Origin: Patescibacteria group bacterium
GTDB taxonomy: Bacteria; Patescibacteriota; Patescibacteriia; Patescibacteriales; JBAZCA01
DNA length: 64,000 nt
Direction of reading: 5' to 3'
Assembly (NCBI GenBank): GCA_041661505.1
Contig: JBAZUF010000002.1
Coordinates: 12,201 to 76,200 of the forward strand
Shown: positions 10,381-19,857 of the stretch, in pieces
How the letters are laid out: the number at the start of each line of letters is the position of its first letter
Numbering within the stretch: position 1 is the stretch's first letter
The notes under the pieces: model-generated
Database searches by the model: none
What the model was told of the DNA's origin: nothing
What the model saw: the letters and a program-made list of their open reading frames with translations, nothing else
Program-made: the position numbers and the translations under genes

Positions 10381-10409
10381 ATTATATAGAATATTTAAAA
10401 AATATGCAA
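10381..10409 (-). promoter_or_regulatory. Sigma70-type promoter for rpoBC
   Basis: The minus strand reads TTGCAT (10409-10404), a 17-nt spacer, then TATAAT (10386-10381). This leaves a leader of about 335 nt before the rpoB ATG. Confidence 0.55.
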
Positions 10410-10529
10410 GTCTTGACAATAATGTTTAAAATGACGCTAATATTAAATATAATTCTATTTAATTTTTAATGCCCAAATCTCTTATCCACAAGGAAAAAAT
10501 TACCCGCTTTGCAAATCCGCTGTTAGCCG

Positions 10530-11927
10530 TCAAAGGTTTTTTATTTCCTCCCGCACGACTTGGCGGTCGTCCCACTTAATCTTTTCCCCGTTTTTCGCGC
10601 AGATCGCCTGCTCACAGCCCTTGCCCGACACTAATACCAAATCGTCCTCGCCTGCCTCGCGCAAGGCTTTTTTTATTCCCATGCGCCGGTCCAATACTTT
10701 AAAAAGATTGGCATTCAGCTTTTTTCCGGATTTTTCCGCCCCTAAAGCCACCTGGTCGATGATCGTTCCCGGATCATCGTCATAAGGATCTTCATTGGTA
10801 ACAATTACCGTATCGGCGTTTCGGGCGGCGATTTCTCCGAGCATTGGCCGCCGAGCGGCGTCCCGGCCGCCGCCGGCTGATCCTAAAACATGAATAATGC
10901 GCTTATGGGGAATTAATTTTATTAATTCATAAAGTTTAATAACCGCTTTGGGTTCAAAGGCATAATCAACAATTACAGTGAAATTCTGCCCTTCATCAAT
11001 TTTTTCCAGCCGGCCGGGAACGCCGGAAATTTTTTCCAGCCCAATTTTTAATTTTTCCGGACTGATCCCTTCCGAAATTCCGAGCGTCCAGGCGGCTAGC
11101 GCGTTAATAGCGTTAAATTTCCCTAATAGCTGCAAATCAATTTTTAGCTTGCCCACCGTAAAGCAAACTCCGTGCCTGTCGGCCGATACCTTTTCGCATT
11201 TTATTACGGCCGCCTTTAATTTGGAAGAGTTCGTCTTTTTGTTTCCGAAAGCCTTAAAAATAAATTTTTCCTCGGCCCAAAATTTTAAAAAGTAATCGGC
11301 ATGCTCGTCGTCGCCGTTCGCGATAATTGTCTTTTTAATCCGCTTCAACTCGATTTTTTTCAGGCTGGAAGGCGTCCGCTCGACTTTCTTCTTCTCGCCG
11401 CAGAATTTTGTCTTGCAGTTTTTCAAATGGGCGAACAATTTTCCCTTGGCTTCTTCATATTTTTCGAAACTGCCGTGCGACTCGATATGCTCGGGATACA
11501 GACCGGTAAAAATAAGGATGTCATAGTTTATGAAGCGGTGGCGGAATTGGGCGATGCCTTCAGAGGTGGTTTCTACGATCGCGTATTGGCAGCCGTTTTT
11601 TACCATATCGCTCAATATCCGCTGGGTAAAAAACCGGCCAACCATAGTCATTTTTTTGTCATTCAGCCATTCTTTTTTTCCGTCGTTAAACATGGCGGTG
11701 GAAGTATAGCCGGCTTTATAGCCGGCGGCTTCAAGCACCCTGGAAATAAGATAAACGGAAGTAGTTTTTCCGGTCGTGCCGGTTACGCCGATGACGATTA
11801 ATTTTTCCGACGGCCAGCCATAAGCCAAAGCCGCCAAAAAACCCAATAAAAAATGATAAGCGGGCTGGAAAAACCGAAAAATCTTTTTAGGAATTATTTT
11901 TTTTATTTGCCTTAATATCTGATCCAT
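10530..11927 (-). CDS. murE: Mur ligase family protein, MurE-like (UDP-MurNAc-dipeptide/tripeptide synthetase)
   Basis: 465 aa with the P-loop GVTGTTGKTT, followed by NGDDEHA, DYAFEPKA and GSAGGGRDAARRP. The N-terminus is a hydrophobic segment instead of the classical MurE domain 1. Confidence 0.75.
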   Translation of the reverse strand: MDQILRQIKKIIPKKIFRFFQPAYHFLLGFLAALAYGWPSEKLIVIGVTGTTGKTTSVYLISRVLEAAGYKAGYTSTAMFNDGKKEWLNDKKMTMVGRFFTQRILSDMVKNGCQYAIVETTSEGIAQFRHRFINYDILIFTGLYPEHIESHGSFEKYEEAKGKLFAHLKNCKTKFCGEKKKVERTPSSLKKIELKRIKKTIIANGDDEHADYFLKFWAEEKFIFKAFGNKKTNSSKLKAAVIKCEKVSADRHGVCFTVGKLKIDLQLLGKFNAINALAAWTLGISEGISPEKLKIGLEKISGVPGRLEKIDEGQNFTVIVDYAFEPKAVIKLYELIKLIPHKRIIHVLGSAGGGRDAARRPMLGEIAARNADTVIVTNEDPYDDDPGTIIDQVALGAEKSGKKLNANLFKVLDRRMGIKKALREAGEDDLVLVSGKGCEQAICAKNGEKIKWDDRQVVREEIKNL

Positions 11928-11964
11928 AATAATTAGCCTGCTTATCCCCTCTCCCAGGCTCTTT

Positions 11965-12963
11965 TTATGCTAATCTTCTAAGCTTCCTAAAAATAATATA
12001 GCAATTATACCAGGCTTTATCAAAAATCAGGTCAAAAGTTCCCGGATAACTAACTTCCTTTCCGCCAAACCCCTTTTTAAACCGCGTTACTCCGGGCCAC
12101 TTTTTTTCATCAATCCCGTAAAAGTCATAATATTTATATCCTAGATTTTTTGCCAGCTTAATCAAATGCCATTGGAGCAAATACGGTGCCATGACGTTCC
12201 GATATTCGTCAGACGAAGCGCCGTGCATATAGGTAACCGTATCTCCGAAGAAGCCGATTAAGTTAACGGAAATAATCTTGCCTTGATATTCCGCCGCGAA
12301 CATTTTTACGGCCATTTCATTTTTTTTCAAACCCGCGCCGCCGCATCCGGCGCATTCGAGCATTTTCGAATAATAATTTCTGCCATGCAGACGAAAACCG
12401 TCCCTATCCCTGGTTTCGTTCATTAATTTCCAAAAATCTTCAAAATTTTCCATTCCCAGCTCTTTCACTTTCACCCCCTTTTTTTCCGCCAGCCGGATGT
12501 TATAACGGGTCTTTTGGTGCATTTCGCCCAGCATATTTTCTTCGCTTTTCGACAAGTCGAGAATCAAAGTTTTTGAAGGCTGGACGTCAATTGTCCTTAA
12601 AACCGGCACCCCCAGGCCTTCCGCTTTTAAATTGCCGCTGGGCTCAAAACGTAAAAAAATTGCCTTTTCTTTTTCAGCAATTTTTTTTATTTCATGAAAA
12701 AGCAGTCCATCCGCTTCCTTATTGCCGCAAGACACCGGTCCGCGGGGGCAGTAGAAATAACTTTTTCCCAAAAACAATTTTTTTTTAATGAAGGTCGCGC
12801 AGGCGGCCGCGCCTTTATCGTTTTCCGCGCTAAGCCTGATTACTTTGGAACCAGCCTCTTTTTGGAATTCTCCCCACTCCCAAGACTCCAAAAACTCGGC
12901 CGGACAATTTCCGGCAATAAAACAGTTCCATGCTTTTTGTTCGGCAATATTTGAAATTTTCAT
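11965..12963 (-). CDS. FemAB-family peptidoglycan interpeptide-bridge peptidyltransferase (FemX-like)
   Basis: 332 aa. The N-terminus (FLESWEWGEFQ) and the C-terminal blocks (YMHGASSDEYRNVMAPYLLQW, FYGI) match the FemAB/lipid II aminoacyl-transferase pattern. The gene is adjacent to the murE-like gene. Confidence 0.75.
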   Translation of the reverse strand: MKISNIAEQKAWNCFIAGNCPAEFLESWEWGEFQKEAGSKVIRLSAENDKGAAACATFIKKKLFLGKSYFYCPRGPVSCGNKEADGLLFHEIKKIAEKEKAIFLRFEPSGNLKAEGLGVPVLRTIDVQPSKTLILDLSKSEENMLGEMHQKTRYNIRLAEKKGVKVKELGMENFEDFWKLMNETRDRDGFRLHGRNYYSKMLECAGCGGAGLKKNEMAVKMFAAEYQGKIISVNLIGFFGDTVTYMHGASSDEYRNVMAPYLLQWHLIKLAKNLGYKYYDFYGIDEKKWPGVTRFKKGFGGKEVSYPGTFDLIFDKAWYNCYIIFRKLRRLA

Positions 12964-12972
12964 CTTTTAATA

Positions 12973-13542
12973 TCATTTACCCAGCTTTTTTAAAGCCTGG
13001 CGGATGCGCTCGCCCGATTCTTTTATCCCGGTATCCACTTGCTTCAAGGCTTCGCGCGCCTGGCCTAGACTATAGCCTAAAGCCAGTAATGCATCAATCT
13101 CGTCCGCTTTGGCGCCGGCTTCTTGTTTATTGCCCGCAGGCAGATAGGCAATTTTATCGCGCAATTCCAAGACTATCCGTTCAGCGGTTTTTTTTCCGAT
13201 GCCGGAAACTTTAGTCAAAAGATGCGGGTCGCCGTGGCAAATTGATTCTTTTACTTCTTCGGGGGAAGCGATGGAAATAACGCCCAGGGCCGATTTAGGG
13301 CCGACGCCGGAGATGGAAAGGAGAAGTTCGAAAAACTCCACTTCGCCGAAAGTTTTAAAGCCGTATAAATCCAGGCAGTCTTCCCGGACATGCTCGTGGA
13401 TATAAAATTCCATCAATCCGCCATTTTTCATTTCCGCGTATATCGGCGGGCTTACATGAATTTTGTAGCCGACATCGTTTACCTCCAGGATAACAAACCC
13501 TTGCCCTTTGGCTAAAATTTTTCCTTTTAAGTATGAAATCAT
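12973..13542 (-). CDS. ruvA: Holliday junction DNA helicase subunit RuvA
   Basis: 189 aa. The N-terminus (MISYLKGKI...VNDVGYKIHVS) and the HhH motifs (SISGVGPKSAL, KVSGIGKKTAERI) are typical of RuvA. Confidence 0.9.
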   Translation of the reverse strand: MISYLKGKILAKGQGFVILEVNDVGYKIHVSPPIYAEMKNGGLMEFYIHEHVREDCLDLYGFKTFGEVEFFELLLSISGVGPKSALGVISIASPEEVKESICHGDPHLLTKVSGIGKKTAERIVLELRDKIAYLPAGNKQEAGAKADEIDALLALGYSLGQAREALKQVDTGIKESGERIRQALKKLGK

Positions 13543-14798
13543 ATTTTCCGCCTTATAACGCTATATTGAGGAATGCTGTTTTCGCACTTTATGACAATTA
13601 CCTTATCACTGCCCCCGTGGGCTTCGTCAATCAATTTGCCGCTTTCCGCTTCCCGCATTTTTTCAATTCTTATTTTCATTATATCATAAATCGGGCCTAC
13701 AATTTCAATCTCTTCGCCAGTACGCAAGGTATTATGGACTTTTACATAAACATCGTATTTATGCCCGCTTTTTATCCATTTTTCCACCTGCCCGCAAAAC
13801 TCCCAGCAACAATCCTCCTTAGAGGTTTTAAGGTTTTGCGCCAGCTTCCCTTCGTCAAACATAAACCCGGTTGTAAATCCGCGATTATATATTTTTTCCT
13901 CTAGCTCGCGATGCAGGCTAGCGGCCAGCTTTTTGTCCGGCAGGTTTTCCAAAGCTTTTTTATAAGCGCCGACAACAGCCGCGATATAGTATGCGCTTTT
14001 CGTCCGGCCTTCTATTTTAAATGAGCTTACACCCGCCTTAACTAAATCATCCAGATAATTTATCAGGCATAAATCTTTTGAATTCAAAATATACGAATAA
14101 CCATTTTCTTCTATAAGATCAAAACTTTTATCGCTCGCGTTAGGAGTGATGGTTTTTTGCATACTCCCATCCCCAATATCTTCTACCGCATACGGCCAGC
14201 GGCATGGCTGGGCGCAGTCGCCCAGGTTGGCCGAACGGCCGGACAAATATTTCGACAAAAAACACCGGCCTGAATAGGCCATGCACATCGCGCCATGGAC
14301 AAAGCATTCCAGCTTTAGTTTCGGAACAGCCCTTTTTATCTTTTTTATGTCTTCCAGGCTGGCTTCCCTCCCTAAAATCACCCGGCTTACGCCTTGCCCA
14401 AACCAAAATTTAGCCGCCTCGCTATTAATGCAGTTAGCTTGGGTGGATAGATGGATAACAGCGCCGGGCCAAATTTTTTTTACTACGGCCAAAATGCCCG
14501 GATCGGAAATTATCAGGGCGTCAACATTAATTTTCTTTAACTCACGGACGTATGAAGGCAATTTTTTGAAATGCGCTTCATAGGCGAAAATATTTAAGGT
14601 CACGTAAATCTTCCTGTCCATCTTTTGCGCGTACGCCGCGGCCTGAAGGATTGACTTTATATCAAAATCGTTAATCCGCGCCCGCAAAGAAAAATCCGGG
14701 ATGCCTAAATAAACGGCGTCCGCTCCGAACGCGAACGCCGTTTTCATTTTTTCCAAATTCCCAGCCGGAGCGATTAATTCTAATTTACCGTTTTTCAT
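13539..14798 (-). CDS. Peptidase U32 family protein
   Basis: 419 aa. The N-terminus (LELIAPAGNLEKMKTAFAFGADAVYLG) and the block E..VHGAMCMAYSGRCFLS are typical of the U32 family. A 4-nt overlap with the ruvA start indicates operon coupling. Confidence 0.85.
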   Translation of the reverse strand: MKNGKLELIAPAGNLEKMKTAFAFGADAVYLGIPDFSLRARINDFDIKSILQAAAYAQKMDRKIYVTLNIFAYEAHFKKLPSYVRELKKINVDALIISDPGILAVVKKIWPGAVIHLSTQANCINSEAAKFWFGQGVSRVILGREASLEDIKKIKRAVPKLKLECFVHGAMCMAYSGRCFLSKYLSGRSANLGDCAQPCRWPYAVEDIGDGSMQKTITPNASDKSFDLIEENGYSYILNSKDLCLINYLDDLVKAGVSSFKIEGRTKSAYYIAAVVGAYKKALENLPDKKLAASLHRELEEKIYNRGFTTGFMFDEGKLAQNLKTSKEDCCWEFCGQVEKWIKSGHKYDVYVKVHNTLRTGEEIEIVGPIYDIMKIRIEKMREAESGKLIDEAHGGSDKVIVIKCENSIPQYSVIRRKI

Positions 14799-14802
14799 TT
14801 TT

Positions 14803-14937
14803 TCAAAAAAGAGTGAAATTTATTTCTTTTTCGAAGCGAGGACTGTTTGAGGCGCCCTTTCCCAGACAGCGCTTCGCTGGCTGGGAAATGGTAGCCGAGT
14901 TCCACAGCGAGAAAAAGAAAAAATTTCACTCTTTTTA
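14803..14937. repeat. Nested inverted-repeat element of about 135 nt in the aminopeptidase/U32 intergenic gap
   Basis: Outer arms of about 27 nt are near-perfectly complementary: aaagagtgaaatttatttctttttcg (about 14805-14833) and cgagaaaaagaaaaaatttcactcttt (about 14908-14936). An inner hairpin is also present (ctttcccag...ctgggaaatg). Confidence 0.6.
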
Positions 14938-14942
14938 TTGCT

Positions 14943-16367
14943 TTATGCTTCTAAAAATGCCTTATAAGCCAAGTACGAGCAATATAAATCGCCTTTGGAA
15001 GAGATCTCTAGCGGCGCGTGCATGTTAAAAAGCGGAATGCCCATATCCACAACCTCCATATTCCGGTTAGCCAAAAATTTGGCGATCGTTCCGCCGCCGC
15101 CGGTATCGACTTTCCCGATTCCGCCGCCGATTTGGTAGACGATATTTTTATTTTTCCTGAAAATCGCCCGGAGCTCCTGGATGAATTTGGCTGAAGCCTC
15201 GGAGGTCGAATACTTGCCGCCGGCGCCAGTATATTTTTCAATAACCACGCCGGATCCCAGCCTTTGGGCATTTCTTAAATCAAAAACGTCTTTGTAATCG
15301 GGATCAACCGCGGCCGTCACGTCGGCGGACACTGCCTGGCTTTCTGAAAAAATATTATAGATTTCCTCCATACTGGTCTTTTTTTCCGCCAGCCGCGAAA
15401 TTTCTAAAACAAAAGATTCAAAGGCATACGACCTAGCGCCGGTATTTCCTTCCGACCCAATCTCCTCGCGCTCGGTCCAAACCATTATCTGGGTCTGGCC
15501 GGCCGGGCCGGAATCTAGCATGGACTGGAAAATGCCGTAGGAGCAGGAGCGGTCATCCTGGCCAAAGCCGGAGACCATCGACCGGTCAAAGCCCAAATCG
15601 CGGGCTTTTTCCGCAGGAACGACCTGAAGCTCGGCGCTGGTTAAATCTTCTTCAATGATTCCGTATTCGCTGTATAAATGCTCTAAAATCGCCAGTTTCA
15701 CTTTTTCTTTTATCTTCTCGTCCTTAACCGGCAAACTGCCAATTACCAAATTCAAATCCTCCCCCCGCACTTCCCGGTTTTTTGGCGCTGTTCCCGGTCC
15801 GCCGGCCCGGTCCAGGTGGGGCAAAAGGTCGGTAATCATAAACACCGGATCACTTTCCTTCTCGCCAATCACGATTTCCACGTCTTTCCCGTTTTCCAAA
15901 TGCACGACGCCGTGCAAAGCCAGGGCGATAGTCGGCCACTGATATTTTTTTATTCCGCCGTAGTAATGAGTCTTTAAAAAGGCCACGTTTTCATCTTCGT
16001 ACAGCGGAGTAATTTTCAAATCAAGGTGCGGAGCGTCAACATGGGACATTAACATTCTCAAACCGCCGGCTAAAGGTTTTTTTCCTATCCGGGCCAAAAA
16101 TAGATTCCGGCCGCGGTTAACGGCGTACACCTTATCCCCGGTCTTAAGGCTCTTCATTTCCTTGATATCGCGAAACCCGGCGGCTTTGGCCGCCTTAATT
16201 CCATAAACGACCGCCTCCCGCTCGGTTTTCACCTGGCTTAAAAATTTCTTATAGCCTTCGGCGAAGGAGAATGCTTCCTTTTTTACTTTTTCATCCCAAA
16301 CATTCCAAGCATTCCGGCGCTCCAGTTTTAATTGTTCTTCAATTTTCTTATAATCTTTTTTTGCCAT
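14943..16367 (-). CDS. M18-family aminopeptidase (aspartyl aminopeptidase-like)
   Basis: 474 aa with the metal-ligand blocks SHVDAPHLD, GFGQDDRSCSYG, EEIGSEG and NMHAPLE. Confidence 0.85.
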   Translation of the reverse strand: MAKKDYKKIEEQLKLERRNAWNVWDEKVKKEAFSFAEGYKKFLSQVKTEREAVVYGIKAAKAAGFRDIKEMKSLKTGDKVYAVNRGRNLFLARIGKKPLAGGLRMLMSHVDAPHLDLKITPLYEDENVAFLKTHYYGGIKKYQWPTIALALHGVVHLENGKDVEIVIGEKESDPVFMITDLLPHLDRAGGPGTAPKNREVRGEDLNLVIGSLPVKDEKIKEKVKLAILEHLYSEYGIIEEDLTSAELQVVPAEKARDLGFDRSMVSGFGQDDRSCSYGIFQSMLDSGPAGQTQIMVWTEREEIGSEGNTGARSYAFESFVLEISRLAEKKTSMEEIYNIFSESQAVSADVTAAVDPDYKDVFDLRNAQRLGSGVVIEKYTGAGGKYSTSEASAKFIQELRAIFRKNKNIVYQIGGGIGKVDTGGGGTIAKFLANRNMEVVDMGIPLFNMHAPLEISSKGDLYCSYLAYKAFLEA

Positions 16368-16405
16368 ATTTTTATGATTTATCCCTTCACGAAAAAACGC
16401 GGAGC

Positions 16406-17428
16406 TTACTTGGTGACTTCGTCATAAACGATATCTGAAATCTTGCCTATTAAGCCTTCAAGAGTTTTAAAATCCTGCCCCCTGGTCATAACGCAAAGAA
16501 GGTAATTATGCTTAGGGAAATATATAATGCCGCAATCGTGAAGCTGGGCGGCCTCTTCTTCTCCGGTTATTATTTTCCTTTCGCCAAACTTATGGGCTAC
16601 AAGAACCCCGGCCGGCAATCCGCTCCGAATTCCGTTGCCGAATTTTGTTCTGGAAAGGACTTCCAGCGCCTTTTCGGACATTTCCCGTTCGAGATAGGAT
16701 GAATTATACAAAGTCCTGAAAAAATAAGCATACTCTCTTACGGTCATAAAATTTTCGGGCTCCGCATCCCTCGGTACCGCCACTCCCAAATCTTTATATA
16801 CCTTTATCAGGAAATTTTTGTCAATATTCTTTAAAAGCAGGTCGGCGCAGTTATTATCGGAATATACTATCATGTTTTCTATCAATTCATCAGCTGTATA
16901 TTCCTCTCCTTCCTTTAGCTCTACTTCAGGCTTTATGTCCTGGGGCACTCCATTTTCAAGTTTCTTATATTTGATTTTCTTCTTCAGCGCTTCCGGGTTA
17001 TCTTCAGCCTTTTTATAGTAGGCAATCATAATCGGCACCTTCAACAGGCTGGCCGGAGAAAACTTCGCTTCAATGTTATAACCGAACCAGGGTCCGTTAT
17101 TTAAATCCCGGTAATACACCGAGGCTTCTTTTACTTTGTTTACCTCAACGGTATGCTTTATAGCTTCCTCAATATCCCTCACCGGTTTTTTAAAGTTGGC
17201 GGAGAATAGTTCCTCGCCGTATTCACATTCTAAAAGAGGGTTAATAAACTTATAGCCGCTCTCGCGCATCTCAAATTTTGAAATTTCGACGGCACCTTTC
17301 CTAAGCACCTGCCTAAGCGTCCAGCCCGCTCCAAGCCCAATAAAAAATAATGCCAAGGCGATGATGGCTAGATTTCTTCTGACTGAAATAATTTTTACTA
17401 TTTTTTCTTTGAAGTTTTCTAAAAACAT
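16406..17428 (-). CDS. Membrane-anchored class A beta-lactamase-like serine hydrolase
   Basis: 340 aa with an N-terminal TM anchor, SxxK (SLLK), SDN (YSDNN) and a KTG-like HKFG motif. Confidence 0.65.
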   Translation of the reverse strand: MFLENFKEKIVKIISVRRNLAIIALALFFIGLGAGWTLRQVLRKGAVEISKFEMRESGYKFINPLLECEYGEELFSANFKKPVRDIEEAIKHTVEVNKVKEASVYYRDLNNGPWFGYNIEAKFSPASLLKVPIMIAYYKKAEDNPEALKKKIKYKKLENGVPQDIKPEVELKEGEEYTADELIENMIVYSDNNCADLLLKNIDKNFLIKVYKDLGVAVPRDAEPENFMTVREYAYFFRTLYNSSYLEREMSEKALEVLSRTKFGNGIRSGLPAGVLVAHKFGERKIITGEEEAAQLHDCGIIYFPKHNYLLCVMTRGQDFKTLEGLIGKISDIVYDEVTK

Positions 17429-17473
17429 AAAAAAGAGCTTATTAACATATCTTGTTAATATTATATATGAAAA

Positions 17474-18571
17474 TCAAATAAACAAAAAGCCCAATAAGGC
17501 GGCGGCGGCCATTAAGAAACTATAATTAATTTTTAGGGCTATGGCAAGGGCGAGAGAGTAGGTGATGACCCGGCCTAAATTTACGGCAATTTCCCGAAAA
17601 AACACGAATTCATCGATATTTTCGGTTTTCGCCAAACCATAATATATAGTTCCCAAAGGAATGTTAATCAATATGAGAAAGAAGCCGGCAACTACCGAAA
17701 GCATGTAATAAAAAGCTATCTCAGCGTGAAAAAATCGCAACAGCCAAATCACTATCATAACAGAAGCGCCGATTTTCATAATCTTTTCTTTCCGATAGCT
17801 GTCGGCAAATCGGCCGACCAGAAGGGTAAAGAACACCGCGCCGACTCCGGCAAAAGCCCCGATAGTTCCGACCGAGATAATATTGGCAAAAGTTAAATAA
17901 ACGAATATAGGGAGGATTACGCCCTCGACCTCCGCCACCCCGGAGCTGACAACCATAAGGCCAAAAAATTTTTTGTATTTTTTAAACATCTCAAAAATGA
18001 CTGACGGATGGAACCGAACGCTGGATTGCCAATTCTTCAGGTAGTAGAAGGGAATAAGAGTGAATAAATGAAGTATGCCCGCGGCTAGGAACAAATAATT
18101 AAACCCAAAAGAAGCGGTAATAAACGCGCCGGCCAAAGGAGCGACCACGCTCCCCATCTGCGGAAATGCCCCCATTCTTCCCACTTCTTTTCCAAGTTTT
18201 TTCCGGCTGGAATTCTGGGCGAAAATTACGTGGAAGGGAAACCAGTAAAATCCTACCTGAACGGCATTAATGATCGCGACAGCGTAAAGTAAAAAACTAT
18301 ACTGGGGAAGAAAGAAAAGCAAAGCCAGCTGGAGATATTTGAAAGGCAGCCGGATTATTAAGCACTCTTTTAATCCATAGCGGTTAGCAACCTGTCCGGC
18401 GATAAAAAAAGCGCCAACAAACCCGGCGCAAAGGATTATGAAATAGATAAATATTTCCGCCAGCGTGAAACCCAAAGATAAAAAATAAATAGGAACGAAT
18501 ATTCCTATTAAGACCGAAGCAAACCAATCAATTGAATGCATGGCGTAAAGCGCCCGCAATTGTTTATTCAT
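17474..18571 (-). CDS. MFS-type transporter
   Basis: 365 aa, hydrophobic throughout (about 10-12 TM segments), with an MFS motif-A-like loop (GRFADSYRKEK). Confidence 0.6.
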   Translation of the reverse strand: MNKQLRALYAMHSIDWFASVLIGIFVPIYFLSLGFTLAEIFIYFIILCAGFVGAFFIAGQVANRYGLKECLIIRLPFKYLQLALLFFLPQYSFLLYAVAIINAVQVGFYWFPFHVIFAQNSSRKKLGKEVGRMGAFPQMGSVVAPLAGAFITASFGFNYLFLAAGILHLFTLIPFYYLKNWQSSVRFHPSVIFEMFKKYKKFFGLMVVSSGVAEVEGVILPIFVYLTFANIISVGTIGAFAGVGAVFFTLLVGRFADSYRKEKIMKIGASVMIVIWLLRFFHAEIAFYYMLSVVAGFFLILINIPLGTIYYGLAKTENIDEFVFFREIAVNLGRVITYSLALAIALKINYSFLMAAAALLGFLFI

Positions 18572-18619
18572 ATCCGGTTCCTTTAACCTATTAGCTTTCC
18601 CTGGTAATCATGCCGCGAG

Positions 18620-19549
18620 CTACACGCTCATCCCCCGTAGCGCCGCGACTCTCTCACCAATCGGCGGATGGGTGGAAAATAATTTTACCCAAAGGCTCGC
18701 TCTTTGGGTCCCATCCGAAGCTATATCAGCTTTAAACGGGGAAACAATATAGAGGTGGGCCGTAGCCCGGTTGGCGACTTCTAAGGGCTCGCGGTCGTAA
18801 GCGATTTTTTCCAAAGCCCGGGCCAAGCCTTCCGGGTAGCGGGTCAATAAAGCGCCGTCCGCGTCAGCCTTAAATTCGCGCTTTCGGGAAATAGCCATTT
18901 GCATTAGCATGGCAAAAATTGGCGCAAGGATTGAAAGCACAATCGCTACGATCATAATAATTAACCCGAGCTGGCCGCCTTCTGAATTATTACTTCTTCT
19001 CCTTCCGCCGCCCCAAAAAGTCCAATGTCTGAACCAATCGGCTAAAAGCACCACCATCCCGACCATGACGGTTACGAGCGTCGCGATTAAAATATCCCGG
19101 TTGCCGACGTGCGAGAGTTCGTGGGCAATTACGCCTTCCAATTCCGCTTTTTCGAGCTTTTGGAGGATGCCGGTGGTAACGGCGACAACCGCGTGCTTGG
19201 GGTCGCGCCCGGTAGCAAACGCGTTTGGCGCCGTATCTTCAATAATATAAATTTTCGGCACTGGTAGACCGGCCGTGATGCAGAGGTTTTCCACGATATG
19301 ATAAAGCTGGGGGTTGTCTTCGTGTTTTACTTCCCGGGCCTGGCTCATAGCTAAGACGATTTTATCGGAAAACCAGTAGCTTATGAACGAAGAAACAACG
19401 CTAAAAGCTACGGCAATATAGAGAATCGCCGAATTGTCCATGGCTTGGGAAAATACATAACCGATTATCATGATAAACGCGAAAAACAGGGTCATCAAAA
19501 CCCAGGTTTTTCTCCGGTTGGAATCCGCTTGCGTATAAAGAGTAGACAT
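18620..19549 (-). CDS. htpX: Zinc metalloprotease HtpX (M48)
   Basis: 309 aa with the HELSHVGNRD zinc motif, four TM segments and a C-terminal STHPPIGERV block. Confidence 0.9.
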   Translation of the reverse strand: MSTLYTQADSNRRKTWVLMTLFFAFIMIIGYVFSQAMDNSAILYIAVAFSVVSSFISYWFSDKIVLAMSQAREVKHEDNPQLYHIVENLCITAGLPVPKIYIIEDTAPNAFATGRDPKHAVVAVTTGILQKLEKAELEGVIAHELSHVGNRDILIATLVTVMVGMVVLLADWFRHWTFWGGGRRRSNNSEGGQLGLIIMIVAIVLSILAPIFAMLMQMAISRKREFKADADGALLTRYPEGLARALEKIAYDREPLEVANRATAHLYIVSPFKADIASDGTQRASLWVKLFSTHPPIGERVAALRGMSV

Positions 19550-19562
19550 GAAAATTTTAGTA

Positions 19563-19853
19563 TTATTTTTTTATGCAACAAAAACAAAAACACAAAACGT
19601 CATATATTCGGCCGATATTCTTTTCATTATTTTTACATGAATTGCGGATAATTTCATATCCGAATATATGGCTTGGTACGCTTGCCTCCCTGCTTTCACC
19701 ACCCGCCGCCACACATTCTCTATTCCAAATAAGCGGCATGCTTTCCTCTTCCCTAATAATTTTTATTCTACCGCTACCGATGCTAAATACAAAAAATACG
19801 GTTATAAGAAAAAAGACAATAAACAAGCCGAAAAACCATGTTTTTCGTTTCAT
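19563..19853 (-). CDS. Hypothetical small membrane-anchored protein
   Basis: 96 aa with an N-terminal TM helix (WFFGLFIVFFLITVFFVF). It is tightly packed between lemA (4-nt gap) and htpX (13-nt gap). The C-terminus is unusual and Cys-rich (CFCFCCIKK). Confidence 0.4.
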   Translation of the reverse strand: MKRKTWFFGLFIVFFLITVFFVFSIGSGRIKIIREEESMPLIWNRECVAAGGESREASVPSHIFGYEIIRNSCKNNEKNIGRIYDVLCFCFCCIKK

Positions 19854-19857
19854 AGAA

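Noticed and set aside
10413-10443. Plus-strand TTGACA box in the rpoB upstream region that could drive a divergent transcript
   Set aside because: The best -10 candidates (GCTAAT at 17 nt, TAATAT at 19 nt) are weak or mis-spaced. No plus-strand gene follows, because the next gene is convergent. It was kept only as a remote sRNA or antisense possibility.
11301-11801. 166-aa plus-strand ORF containing a YADD-like string (reverse-transcriptase-like motif)
   Set aside because: It is antisense to the murE-like gene. The YADD string is isolated, with no other RT motifs, so it is a chance match in a shadow ORF.
14813-15028. 71-aa plus-strand ORF starting in the inverted-repeat element
   Set aside because: It overlaps the 3' end of the M18 aminopeptidase gene on the opposite strand and arises from the repeat arms. 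It has no SD or family resemblance.
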